NCBI GenBank assembly: GCA_030141605.1
Contig: JAQGDQ010000183.1
Location: forward strand, 124,001-188,000
DNA from: Tubiluchus corallicola
Taxonomy: Eukaryota; Animalia; Priapulida
Length of the DNA stretch: 64,000 nt
Direction: 5' to 3'
Positions 52,406-64,000 of the stretch are shown piece after piece. The position numbers were made by a program, and so were the translations under genes. The notes under the pieces were generated by a model. It was not told where the DNA came from. It did no database searches and saw nothing but the letters and a program-made list of their open reading frames with translations. Position 1 is the first letter of the stretch, and each line of letters begins with the position of its first letter.

Positions 52406-55400
52406 TAGGGTAAAAAAAATTATATACATAGTAGAAGTTATCGTATATGCAGAAGTTATATAATTGAACCTGATAAAGGTACCTGTGACCAGAGCAGCAA
52501 GAAGTTTGACTTATATTGTACGTAGTGTCTTCGTGACAGTTCAGGTGAAGGGCGAACCTTGAGCGCATTGTTTACTTTTCCCGTGAGGTTACTAAATAAC
52601 TCAATAAAAGCACATTGCTTAATTTTCTTCGGGCTTTAGTTTTCAAGAATTATAACACGTACTAAGAAAACTTGCGAATGCCTGTCATCACCAAAAAAGA
52701 GAACATTATTTGTGTTTGATGTCCATTGCCGTGTCACCTGCATATATTTGTGAATGAAAGCAATAAACAAATGAGTTAAAACATCATGATGTACTTATTT
52801 ACATTATCACTTCATAACATACAATCTGTAAATCAAAACATATATAAGTGTTAGTTGACGTCACAACATATTACAATTCAATATTTAACCGTGGTAATTT
52901 GCATCCCGGCACCTACAGTGTCTTTATTAAGTTTAGAGATAGCTTTGCCTCTGAACGTTAGGGAAAGACCTGCTCTCCGTCAACTATTACGGCCGTCAGG
53001 TCTTCCAAACGAGTCCCTTGGACTATTTGTACCAGACCTACTCATTAAACAATTACACGGTTTGATACGATAAGACAGGTTTCTTATATACATACGTGCA
53101 CAATAAAACCACAGAAGTAATTATGAACTCTCTTTAAGTACTTCATACAGTTATTTGTGCAGAACAAATATTAATTTGCTTACTTCGGAAATGAGTTTCC
53201 GACAGCATGCTGGCAATGACATGTGATACAGTTTTACACTTTAAAACGATAAATTCAGATAAATCTGCGACATGTCATAATATTATCTGTGTATCTTTAT
53301 TTGGTTAAGTGATCAGCTTATCAATTATTAGTCAAGAAAGTAAATAAATCAGCCATCTCACTAATGTACTGTAGCACATAAAATTTTGCCTTTCCACATG
53401 CTTTTAGTATAATGACCTTCAAACAACCTTTGACCTATATTCTGACCCAAGGCACGCCCCATTGTCATGGTGTTTGTTTTCATGTAGAAATGTACTACCT
53501 TTTAAAATGGATGACCTTGACCTTGGCAGATTACACGTGACGTGTAGCGTTTTGAGTGGACCATTCCTCTTGAGATCAGGGATTATAAAATTACGTAAGC
53601 AAGGCTGCACACGTGAACTTGTCCTCTTAGAAGGCCAAAAGGCCAAGAAGCAGGTCGTAAGATATTTTTCAGTATATTATACTTATCATGCACCTACAGT
53701 ATGCATTCCGCGACGTTTTGTCATGCATCAGTTCTTATCTACAAGCCCATATTATTCTACTGGGTATCTTACAATCGATATTCCTCACAAGTTGTGCTCG
53801 TACGAGATTACTCTTCCGGATCCGGTTCTATCCCGGCTCGGCTGCCGCCTTCCGCTCGGATTTGAGCTGATTGGCATGTCGGTTTTCCACTGCTGCTGCT
53901 AATTACAGTCCGTCATGCGAAAGGGTTAAAATTACAACCCGCTTTCTCTCTGTTATTGTAACGGGCGCAGGCAGCTGTCGTACGACACATGTGTGATGAG
54001 TAGGTTTCATATTACCACTAATTAAACTCATGTCAGCCGATGTCTATGTATTTATGCTGTACATTGCTTGCTGTTAAAATGACAGATTTGCGATAAATGG
54101 CGCTAGGTGCATTTATTTCTCGTTAAACCGAAATCGTTTTTGCAGCGTAAGAATTTCTTCAACTATTTAAATTACTGCTTTACATGCAACAGTGTTTGTG
54201 AGATACACTTTTGGATGCATTGAGTTTTCGTACTTAAGCCGATGACGTAATCTTGCATGGCCGCCTTCACGCTTCGGCTTCTAACAATGCCAGCTTTCCC
54301 AGGCAAGCTGTAATTAAGTCAAGAGTACGACACTCAGCATTAATTAAATATTAATCGGCGCAGGCTTTTAGACAGAAGCTATTACTGAAGACAGCGACTT
54401 GACTTTAGCGAACCTCTTAGCTCTAGCTTCTCATAAGAAAGTACGAATCTCAAGAGAAATCAGCAATGTTGTTAGAAAAATTAGCAGAACTCTATGCGAA
54501 TTTAAAAGAAATCAAACACAAGTAAACACTGATATTGGATGAAAAAATGGTTGTAGTTCTTTAAATGGCGTGGTGCAGTTGACAGTAAGGTGTTATGATC
54601 TATATAAAACTATAAAGATAATACTGTACAACGAATGATTGAATAATTTGACCGGTTCTACCACTACGCAAGCTAGGCAGTTGCCTAGAGCGCCAATTCT
54701 GAAAGCAGTTCTTTGATTTTTTAAATTTAGAATACGCGATGTATGCGCACATCATTTTTGATGAGGGTATGCCATCGTTAGCTTTGTATAATCTTATTTT
54801 TAATAGCACTTAATTCGTTTACTTTTAATTGCTTTTAAATGGTCTAGATTTTTTTGTTTATGAAACTCAAAATGTGTTTGACTGTAAAAAAACATGGAAG
54901 CAGATACACGTAATGGATTAGTATTAGGAAGAGCTCATACATGTCATTGCCCTGGCCGTGTAGCTGATGCAGTTAGATCAGACAAAACTGGTTCTATTAG
55001 AATGGAGCATATTTACTGAAACGTCATGATAAGATAATGACCGTGCAAACTGGAAAACTACAACTACGAATTTTTTAGTTTATTAAAATCTGAATTATTA
55101 ATTATGTGAAAACTTGCAAAAATACCTGCTGGTTTAGTATCTCAAGCGCTTCTTGGGCTTTTTTCTATATGCCCTAACAACACATTAATGTAAAGTATTT
55201 CACTGTAAGTGCTTATAAATATGCAAAAAATATTTATTTTTTGTAAATATAAAAAGAATATCGATTTTATAACATAGGTCATGTAGTAGGTTATATAACA
55301 AAAAATTGTTTTGTTTTGTAGGAAACGATTGTAGAACCAATTTTATGTACATGTAACTTTTCGAAACAAATTTATGTAAAGCCAAATAGAAACACGAGCT

Positions 55401-55563
55401 GTCCTGGCTTTCAAGGACATAGATGTAGCTCTCTCTTACGTGTGCTGTCTTTTTTTAATTCTTCACTTTTCGTTCACATTATAATTTAGTTTCTGCTGTT
55501 CAACATTGACCCTCGTTTGTACGTTTCTGTTTTTGAGATTCCTTCTTCCAGAGTCGGCTGTGC

Positions 55564-56283
55564 CTATAGTTCCTCTTTTTTCTCCTTACTTGACACGCTG
55601 TCGTCTCCTTTCTGACCTGCCTCTGCTTCCTTTTTTGGTTTATCTTCTTTCGCAGTAGTTTCTTCTATTTTTGCTTCTTGTTTCTCTTCACACTTTTCAG
55701 TTGCAGGTTTCTTTTCTGGTTTTGGTCGAGGAGGCAGGGCTTCTAGCCTGCGTTGTATAGGCTCCACTATATCGTCTACAGATGTATTTGGTCCCCAAGC
55801 GTCAATCACTACACCATCCGGGCCGACAAGATACTTCCAGAAATTCCAGTTTGGAACCTTTTTCAGCGTCAAATAGTTCCACAGCGGGTCTACGTCAGGT
55901 TCTATAACATTCACCTTGGAAAAAAGTCGGAAATTAACACCGTAGTATCTTTCTGCCCAGTTCAGAATCTGTTCGTTGGACCCTGGTTCCTGATTCCCAA
56001 ATTGATTGCAAGGAAAACCAATCACGTTAAACACGTCGTTACCCTGTATATCTTTGTGAAACATGTGGTGTAGTCGCATCAGGCCTTTATAATGGCTGTC
56101 CGTGAATTGGCACTCTGTGGCCACATTCACGACCAGAGTCAGCTTGTCTCTGTATTCTTCGAATGACACATCGAAACCGGCAATATCTTTTTCTGTAAAA
56201 GAGAAGAAATCCTCGGCTACAACGCGAAAAGTCAGCACAAGCAACAGAATGGCAGCAGAGATCAACATGGTGGCTGAACACAT
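55564..56283 (-). CDS. GPX7: ER-luminal Cys-type glutathione peroxidase (GPX7/GPX8 family), intronless CDS
   Basis: Signal peptide, VVNVATEC(Cys, TGC)QFT, GFPCNQFGNQEPG, PNWNFWKYLV, and C-terminal KEEL ER-retrieval motif. Acceptor gttttctgcag at 56380 upstream of the ATG. Confidence 0.88.
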   Translation of the reverse strand: MCSATMLISAAILLLVLTFRVVAEDFFSFTEKDIAGFDVSFEEYRDKLTLVVNVATECQFTDSHYKGLMRLHHMFHKDIQGNDVFNVIGFPCNQFGNQEPGSNEQILNWAERYYGVNFRLFSKVNVIEPDVDPLWNYLTLKKVPNWNFWKYLVGPDGVVIDAWGPNTSVDDIVEPIQRRLEALPPRPKPEKKPATEKCEEKQEAKIEETTAKEDKPKKEAEAGQKGDDSVSSKEKKEEL

Positions 56284-57779
56284 GGTAACACTGTGCAGCG
56301 GTCGTAAGAATTTAAGCTTCGATTCATCTTTCTAAAACCGGTCTCTGCTCAGATCAATACCCGCGTACCCGACGCCACACTGCAGAAAACAGAAAGCGAA
56401 AAGTTTGAGCGTTTTGTAGACTGGCCCAACTGGTTATTTCATATTGTTAGTTTAGCTGTGTTACCTCTATTTCTTACTGGTCATTAACCTACGTGTGAGG
56501 AGATTGTAGCTAATTACTCTATTTCTCTTCTTTTTCAACTCAACTTTCCTTTCCTCCTTATTTGCTTGTTACTTTTCTCTTCCGCTTTCTCTCTCCCTCG
56601 TTTTCCGTCTGTCTCCATCTCTCTTTCTCTCGTTCCTGTTCACTTTCACTTCTCTCCCTGACACATACGGACTCGCTCAGTCACTCTCTCTTTCGACCTC
56701 ACACACTCATCTATTTCATATCATAATGGTTTCCTGTATCTAGGGTTAATGAAGCATATTTCTTGAATTCATCTCATTTCCACGTGTTAGCTGTTTATGA
56801 TTGTGTCAAATGGTGTGGAATGACTATTCCTGGGAGAAGCTGCGTTACCATGGATACAGGTGTCGGGTTATGATCAAATGTGGCTGCAGAAAATATGAAT
56901 AGTTCCTCTATGAATGACAAAATTAATCATTTCTTTACTGAATGAACACAATGGAATTTAACTTCATATCTTCGGTATTTTATTATCGACGTAATCCTTA
57001 GATATATTAGATTTGATTGAATCGCATAATTTGCATTACATGTAATTCCAGTAATTTCATGGGTTGAATTGAATTCTATTAGATCGATTTCATTGTACTA
57101 CATTCTTTGGATTGATTAAATTGTACTAGAATTAATTAGTAGATCAGATTAAATTAAACTAGATTAGATTAGATTAGATTATTTTTAGATTAGGGTAGAG
57201 CACAAGCAGAATTACAGTAGTATCTATTTTTTGAATGGACAGTACTGAAATCTGGTTCGTTTCTAGTTTTCTGATGGGCATCTGTGAATATTTGGCTAGT
57301 TTCTGGTTTTCTGATGGGCAGCACCGCTTGTGAACGCAAATAAACACATCTTGAAGAAACGTAGCTCACAGCTGGCGCCAAATTCTTACAACTGTGAAGC
57401 CGTAAGCAGCTTTTGAATCTGCGGAAACGCCTTTGCACGCAATAGATTTTAAATTTGTGGTCTGCAAGGTTGTGGGGCTATAGACAGTCATTTGCCCTAT
57501 TAGCACTGCCGAACGTACGTTATGCAATAAAGTCAATTGTTCCCCGCTGCCAAGGGATTAGTGATAATAGAGTTGCAACGACGAACAAACAACAAAAAAG
57601 GGCGCAGAAATTCGGTCGGTCATTCTGAACCGCATGTGTTCGTAAGTCGACGCCTGGCTGTACATTTGAAATAAGGCGTCGAAGCCCTCTCGCTGCTTAA
57701 AATGGCTGCCTCGATTCCCAGTTACTTCTGTGCTGCGTATGATTTTGAGACTGCAGTGCATTTTAAGATCATATTATAG

Positions 57780-58434
57780 AAAATGAAAATTTTTCTGCTC
57801 ATTAATATAATTTTGTTTTGTTTTGCTTTATAGTTAGCTAGCAGTTTGGCCGCTTTCATCCAGTTATCAGTCTTTTTAGCTCTGTATCAGTTCACTGTCA
57901 TAAAAGTGAATAAATTAGAAGATTATTGAGAAAGATTTGTTATCACAAAGAGACGTATAGAAATCAGCAATGAAAGGTAGATCGCTAACGTAGATAAGAA
58001 AAAGCAACGGTCCAAGAGTGGATCCTTGTGGTACTGGTACAATATCACAATTTAGTAGTGTATCCTACGAATATAGACGCATTGTGCTACATATAAAGTG
58101 GTAGATAAGAAAAAGCAACGGTCCTAGAGTGGATCCTTGTGGTACTGGTACAATATCACAATTTAGTAGTCTATCCTACGAATATAGACGCATTGTGCTA
58201 CATATAAAGTGGTAGATAAGAAAACGCAACGGTCCTAGAGTGGATCCTTGTGGTACTGGTACAATATCACAATTTAGTAGTCTATCATACGAATATAGAA
58301 GCATTGCGCTACATATAAAGTGGTAGATAAGAAAACGCAACAGTCCTAGAGTGGATCCTTGTGGTACTGGTACAATATCACAATTTACTAGTCTATCATA
58401 CGAATATAGACGCATTGTGCTACATATAAAGTGG
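57780..58434 (-). repeat. CR1/L2 RT relic with its QGS motif amplified into a 111-bp tandem repeat (4 copies, 57990-58434)
   Basis: Period 111 (57990, 58101, 58212, 58323). Minus-strand translation VPQGSTLGPLLFLIYVSDLP. Confidence 0.85.
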
Positions 58435-61316
58435 TCATTGTGCATGTTGTTTTCAGTTACGATAGCTCATAAAATTAGTGGGTGCAAAAACAAAAAACCT
58501 ACGTTAAAGTTCTTTAGTTGGTGAACATTGCTGTCACTAAGCCCCGGCCCCCTGCCCTCCACCAGCTAAAAACTCTAGACTTCACAAAATGGTTGCCTCC
58601 GTTGTTTGTCGAAAACGAAAACAGTATTAGACTCGTTTTGCACAGGCAGAGAAGTTTTTATCACAAACTGATTTCCAAGTAACTCCTTTGTCCCCATCGA
58701 TTTCATTTGCTTACGTTGGACTATTCAGTGTTTTTAGTGTCGCTGTGTTAACACATCTGTAGGTTTTCTCTGTCAACACCAGCATTTCCTGCTGTGTTCC
58801 GCAAAGCCAAATTCTTATAAAAACGTCCGTAACCTGAAGAATAGTAAAACCAAAATGCAGCGTGCCTGTGAATGGTGTAGAGCACAGATCTTGGGATTGC
58901 TGTAACAAATGTTTGCGTAGTTGATATTGCTGCCTTTAGAAATACATCGAATGAAAATGAAAAGCTAGTTAGCAACCTAGTTGAAATACAAAATATTTTA
59001 GGTGCTTCGTAGCTTTCAGGCTGAAATTCACTAATCCTATTGAAGTTGTACTTGCAAGCGTTCAGCCTGATTCACAAAACTCAGCAATTTTAAGTTAAAA
59101 AATTTAAATTTCAATTTGCCTGCTGTGCTCTCTTGTAAGCTTGCGAACATGTGCACCACGTCACAACTGAACACAACAGAAAGGACAGGTACATGCCGTG
59201 ATGCAAGGCGGCTTGGGGGAGGAGTGCGTAAGTTACATTTTGAAATCAAAAACTCGTCATCGATTTACGTGTTTCTTGCAGGTAGATTCCCTGGAGATTT
59301 TTAAGAAGTTGTTATGCTTATAAAGTTTTAATGCAAAGTTTGCTGTGCTTTTGTCCTCAAACTTGAAAGAGTTTTGCGCAGTTTCATAATTTGAGCAGCG
59401 TGTTGTTCATTTCTCTTGCCGCACCGCATGAAATCAATGAGTTTTATGATCTAATGCGATTTACAGCATTATAACACACATTAATAATTGATTTAACCGT
59501 CGCATATTGAGAGCACATCAAGGGAGGCAAAATTTGTGTAGCAAACGTGAGTTGGCTGTAGATTATTTCGTGTGTCAGTCTGTCCTTGTGTCAGTTTTGG
59601 CAGTCATTCGGTAAGTCAGTTAGTCAGAAAGTGAGCTAGACATCATTTAAGCCACACGGAATGCAATATTAACAGAGGCTGTTCAATTTTAGTACAGGGA
59701 TTCCATGAAACCATGCTGCTGTAGAATATTGATTTTTCATGCGTTCAGGTTGTGACGTCCTAGCTGATCGTTAGGCGATCAGCTGACCTAGCTGACCGTC
59801 AGTCAGTCAGTTAATTAGTCAATCAGTCAGTTAGTCAGTTAGCAAGCAATGAAGCAATCAGCCATTCACTAAATTAAGCATTTACTGACCCAGTTCAGTG
59901 TGCCTGCTGGCTTATCTGTCTGTTTGTCAGGATGTTAAGCTGCTTGTCTACAAGTCGATCTGCTTGTCTGCTTGATAAGTCAGGCTGTGTTTCAAACATT
60001 ACATGTTATTGCTTAATTTTATTACAGCCAATAATGATGATTAATGACTGTAATTCAGTGTTCAGGATTTAGACTTGCTCATTAATATTCGTAAATTTTA
60101 CAGCTGTCGGCTGCAAGCGTGTTGTCCAAACATTTAAAGGGATACGTGACCGAATCTTAAACTATAGCTTAAAACAACTCACCTTGTAAAATATTGAAAA
60201 GGAAGCTGTCACATGCGTTGCGCCATTCGCTAGTTGGGTATGAACTAGCGCCTGCATCTCGGAAACGTGTGCACAAAATCAGGTGCTGTACCTCTCATTT
60301 CAGTGGTGTTCATTTGTGACGTCGCGCACACGTTCGTAAGCTCGCGTGAGCACAGCAGGCAACTTGAAATTTTTATGCCAGGCTGAATGTGGTATAGTAG
60401 CACTGTATTTTAACTCTGGCTTTTGCCAACATGTGAAACACGTTTGTGCTGTTGAAAAATATGTTCGTTTGTGACGTCATCACTAACTTTACCGGGCCAG
60501 TCATTAATTAAGGTATACGTTATTAAGGTATACGTATAAGTGTTAAAATGTGTACTTTTTACCTTATTTCAAAATGGTGTAGGTTATGAAAACCATCCTG
60601 TTAGCTGTTGACAACATGTTTGTATCGAAACATCCAAGTTCTACGTGACATGTTCAAATTACATGCATTAAAGTGATACCACAGCGTTTGTATTAATAGC
60701 CAGCTTTAGATCAATACTAAAATGCATGCATTCTCTTTATATTCTCTCTGTAAGAGGACCTCATTTTTGAAGGGGTGTAGAGGAGTTTCACGCCCCCCGG
60801 CTTCTCTGTCGTTCTTTGTCACATTCTTTCTGTAAATGGTTTTCACGAATAGCAATAATTTTGCATGTTTTCAAAATAGCGCTAAGCCAGGCATCGCTTC
60901 TCTTCAAATATAGATCCGACCGCAGCAAATCGCACATGTATGAGTTGTTCCTCATCCCATAATCTTCTTCCGTGGCGGATCCATTATCGAAGAGGTGGCC
61001 GTGACGTTGCTCTTTGATGCACAAATGAGGGGACAACGGCCAATGCGAGATTCTCGATTCTTACATCGTCAGCTCATCTGCGTTTATGTTTCTGTGGTTA
61101 CGCAAAGGATAACTCGCGGATGAGGAGGCTGAGGAAATGATTGGTTTACCTATATCAGCTTCTTGTCGGTGAATCAATAGTTGGGCTAAATATAACTGAT
61201 GTGCATGTAAAACAGTTGTGCACTTCATTGCTGGGTTCCATGGCTTCCGTTGCCTGGATGCTTTCCACGCTGTACTCTATTGGTGGCTGCCAGGCTGCTT
61301 AATTATGCTTAAACTA

Positions 61317-61820
61317 TACAGGGTGTTCCAAAAGAACAATGCAGTAGAAAGACGCTGAATATATGCTGTTCATTTCACGAAGAATTTTTTTGCAATCAAA
61401 GCACAAGAAAAGCCTAAAAACTCATCTCGAAATATTATACCACTTACATATTACAGGGCTTGCGTCGGTAGTAACGCTGTATGAAACATGTAAATTTAAG
61501 CTCCTGCGATGGCATTTAGTCGCAACGATTTTGACGATAATTCATTTGAAAGAAGTTTACATAACACTGAGTAAAGTTTGAAAAAAAGAATTGGAGCATT
61601 TGTAGTGCATACGTCACTAACTAAGTAAAATTTTAAATTACTGTATCTTGTCAACAAGATTAAAAATAGGCTAGTGAGTGGTGCCCCCTGGAGGGTGAGT
61701 CATTTTACCAATTGGTGAAAACATTTTTAAATAATTAATAGTTAAAAGTCTTTCAAGCAAGTAAGCGAAGTGCTAAGTAATATAAATTTGCATGGAGAGT
61801 TTTTTGGGACATATTTTAAC
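61317..61820. mobile_element. Tc1/mariner-like non-autonomous relic (related pieces at ~16127-16310, 38050-38370, 63560-63770)
   Basis: TA|CAGGGTGTTCCAAAAG terminus shared with 16128. Internal blocks are shared with 38130-38370, whose reverse complement is at 63570-63770. Confidence 0.5.
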
Positions 61821-61859
61821 ATTTCCTTCCTCTGATTTACGTTGTGGGACTGCAACAGT

Positions 61860-62650
61860 CTTCATTATTGAGGATGATGCTGTCCGATGAGAGACTAATT
61901 CGGCAGAGATATGTCAGCTATGATCGGGTGTGATCAGCTCATTACGTCTTTCTTAAAAGCGGCGACACCCAGAGTCAGTATGGGGAGTCAAAATGCCAAT
62001 CTGGAGCAAGTGTGGAGCAAAATGGCACCCCCACCTATACAGTGACCAACCTCAGGATTGCTTAACTTACGTAATGAAGCACACGCCGTGACTACTTAGT
62101 TATTTCTCCCCTTAGGTTACTGTTGAGCATGTGGAGTGTAGTTGCGAATATTTATAAAGCGAACCATGTTTCTGATGATTTGGCAGAGTCATTTTGCTTC
62201 ACTGTCAGGCATAGTATTACTTAACTACGGTCACTAAGCACACACCATGACCGCTCTGCTATTCTTCGCTCTAGATTGCGTGCAGAATGTTTATAATAGG
62301 AGCCACCATACTTTTGCGACTTGCTCGAGTCGTGCTACTTCAATAACAGGCTTAGCTTTGCTTAACTATGGTCACTAAGCACACCTCGTGACTATTCAGC
62401 TATTCTGATTGCTTTTAGATTGTTGCTGAGCATGCTGAATGTTTATAAAAAGAAGCCATCATGTCTTGATGACCTTTAGGAGCCTTTTTAGTCCGTTAAC
62501 AGGCTTAACGTTGCTTAACTACGGTCACTAATCGCACGCAGTGACCACTCGGATATTTCTGTCCCTAGATTGTTGCGCGCGCGGGATGTTTATAACGGGA
62601 AGCCATCATGTCCTGATGACTTGCCCGAGTCGTTTTTACTTCGCTGATGG
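61860..62650 (-). mobile_element. 5S-rRNA-related SINE with ~150-bp head-containing tandem repeats (4 diverged units at 62061-62650)
   Basis: Minus strand aagttaagcaatcctgaggttggtcactgtataggtggggg resembles the 5S box A/IE/box C. The anchor cttaact recurs at 62061, 62220, 62361 and 62514. Confidence 0.55.
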
Positions 62651-64000
62651 CTTCCTAAAGCAAAGAACTTGAATTGATTTTTGCTTTCCTAGAAGATGTT
62701 TCATTTCTACTGCAAACCGCAAATAGAAAGAGAATTTTAGATGAAGAATAGACCTTTAGAAAAGATATTTTATTGCTATAGACGCATTGGCTTCATATTG
62801 TCACCTTGACCAAGGTCATAACGGGCTACGGGTTTCATTATTAAATTTGCTAAAATTGGAACGTGATGCTAGTTCAAATCATATTGCAGCACATTGCATT
62901 ATCTGCATTAATGGTTGACTTATTCATAAGAAGTTTGGATGCTCAAGATCTAGTCTGAAATGAATTTGAATGTAAGGAATTTACAATTCGCCACACAATT
63001 TAAATACACTAACCCTAACCCTATCGCTAACGGCTAACCCAACCTTAACACTAATCCGCTTCACGAGGTAATTTCTTACGAAGTGTGTCTGGGGAATTGT
63101 AAACTCTAGCTGACGGAATTTCTGAATTTGTAACATGGTGGAGCCATTGCAATTAACTATAGTAAACTTGGGTCTATTATAGCTCTTTTTCGTCGAAAAG
63201 AACTCCTTTTTGGGCTAAATTAGGGAAAAAAAATAACATATCTCCATTTATAATTCAGGGAGAATTGGAATTTTGGTGTTTAATGTGGCCAAAACAACCA
63301 GTTTTAGTTCTGAGTAAATCATTTATAATTCATTTATATTCATGTAATAATTCATGTAAAAATTTGACTACTTTAAAACAATGAATACTGTACAGTTACA
63401 GCTGGTAATGCAGCAGTTTAGGTATTAAATTAACTTTTACTTCGTTAAGCATTGATTTCTTTTTCCTCTCTTTAGTGAATTTCATTGTTGGTCATATCAA
63501 GTGTGTTAAATGTGTCCTTGTGATCAAACTTTATTAAACAGGGAAGGAAACTTAGAAAATTTTGAATACTTCCCTAAAAACTTTCCATACAAACTTGCAT
63601 TACTTGTGCTTACCTGTTTGAAAGACTTACGTAACTGGAAAAGAAAATGCTTAATAATTTAAAATGTTCAAGTCAACTGGTAAAATATCACTGTACACCT
63701 TCCCAGTGTGCACCACTGTCTCACCAAAAACGTATTATTGATCTTACTGACAATTTAAAACCATTTATACTTTTCCTTAGACATATAGACATAGACATAG
63801 AACATTTATTTTCTCCAATTAGTTTAACATCAAAAGTTTTTTAAATATTAAGTAATTATAATCATGGAGTAGGGCAGGGAAAGACCATAGGGTCATCTTG
63901 TCTCCTGCCCTTTCTTATAAATAGATTAGTATATTAAAAATTAACGGTTATGCTGCAGATAACAAAAACAAATACGAAAAAATAATAATAAAAACAGTAT

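Noticed and set aside
55564-56283. Selenoprotein GPx
   Set aside because: The active-site codon is TGC (Cys); there is no in-frame TGA.
60788-61036. 82-aa minus-strand ORF in a GC-richer patch
   Set aside because: No recognizable motif, non-ATG start and no convincing splice frame.
62170-62640. CTGATGA plus hairpin in the 150-bp repeats as a hammerhead
   Set aside because: Followed by a T-run rather than GAAA.

Overview
AT-rich eukaryotic (invertebrate-like metazoan) genomic DNA with spliceosomal introns and many transposon relics. Three protein-coding genes are supported. (1) A minus-strand, multi-exon ACSS3-like acyl/propionyl-CoA synthetase: 8 exon positions reconstructed by hand between 22933 and 2469; I found no further exon, so the C-terminal exons probably lie left of the window. 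(2) A head-to-head, plus-strand GOLGA1/golgin-97 homolog whose 1749-aa CDS is intronless. (3) A minus-strand, intronless, ER-type Cys glutathione peroxidase (GPX7/8-like, ending KEEL). The most notable observation is a pair of tandemly duplicated 152-nt exons in ACSS3 (7137-7288 and 6936-7087), separated by only 49 nt and about 50% identical at protein level. They look mutually exclusive and would swap part of the CoA-binding region. Other highlights: a nested hAT > 56-bp satellite + RTE LINE insertion with intact TSDs, a 111-bp satellite made from a CR1 reverse-transcriptase motif, a tandem array of 5S-like SINE heads, degenerate hammerhead-like SINE tails and a 2.48-kb tandem duplication. 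All calls come from reading the sequence and from recalled family motifs; no searches were run.
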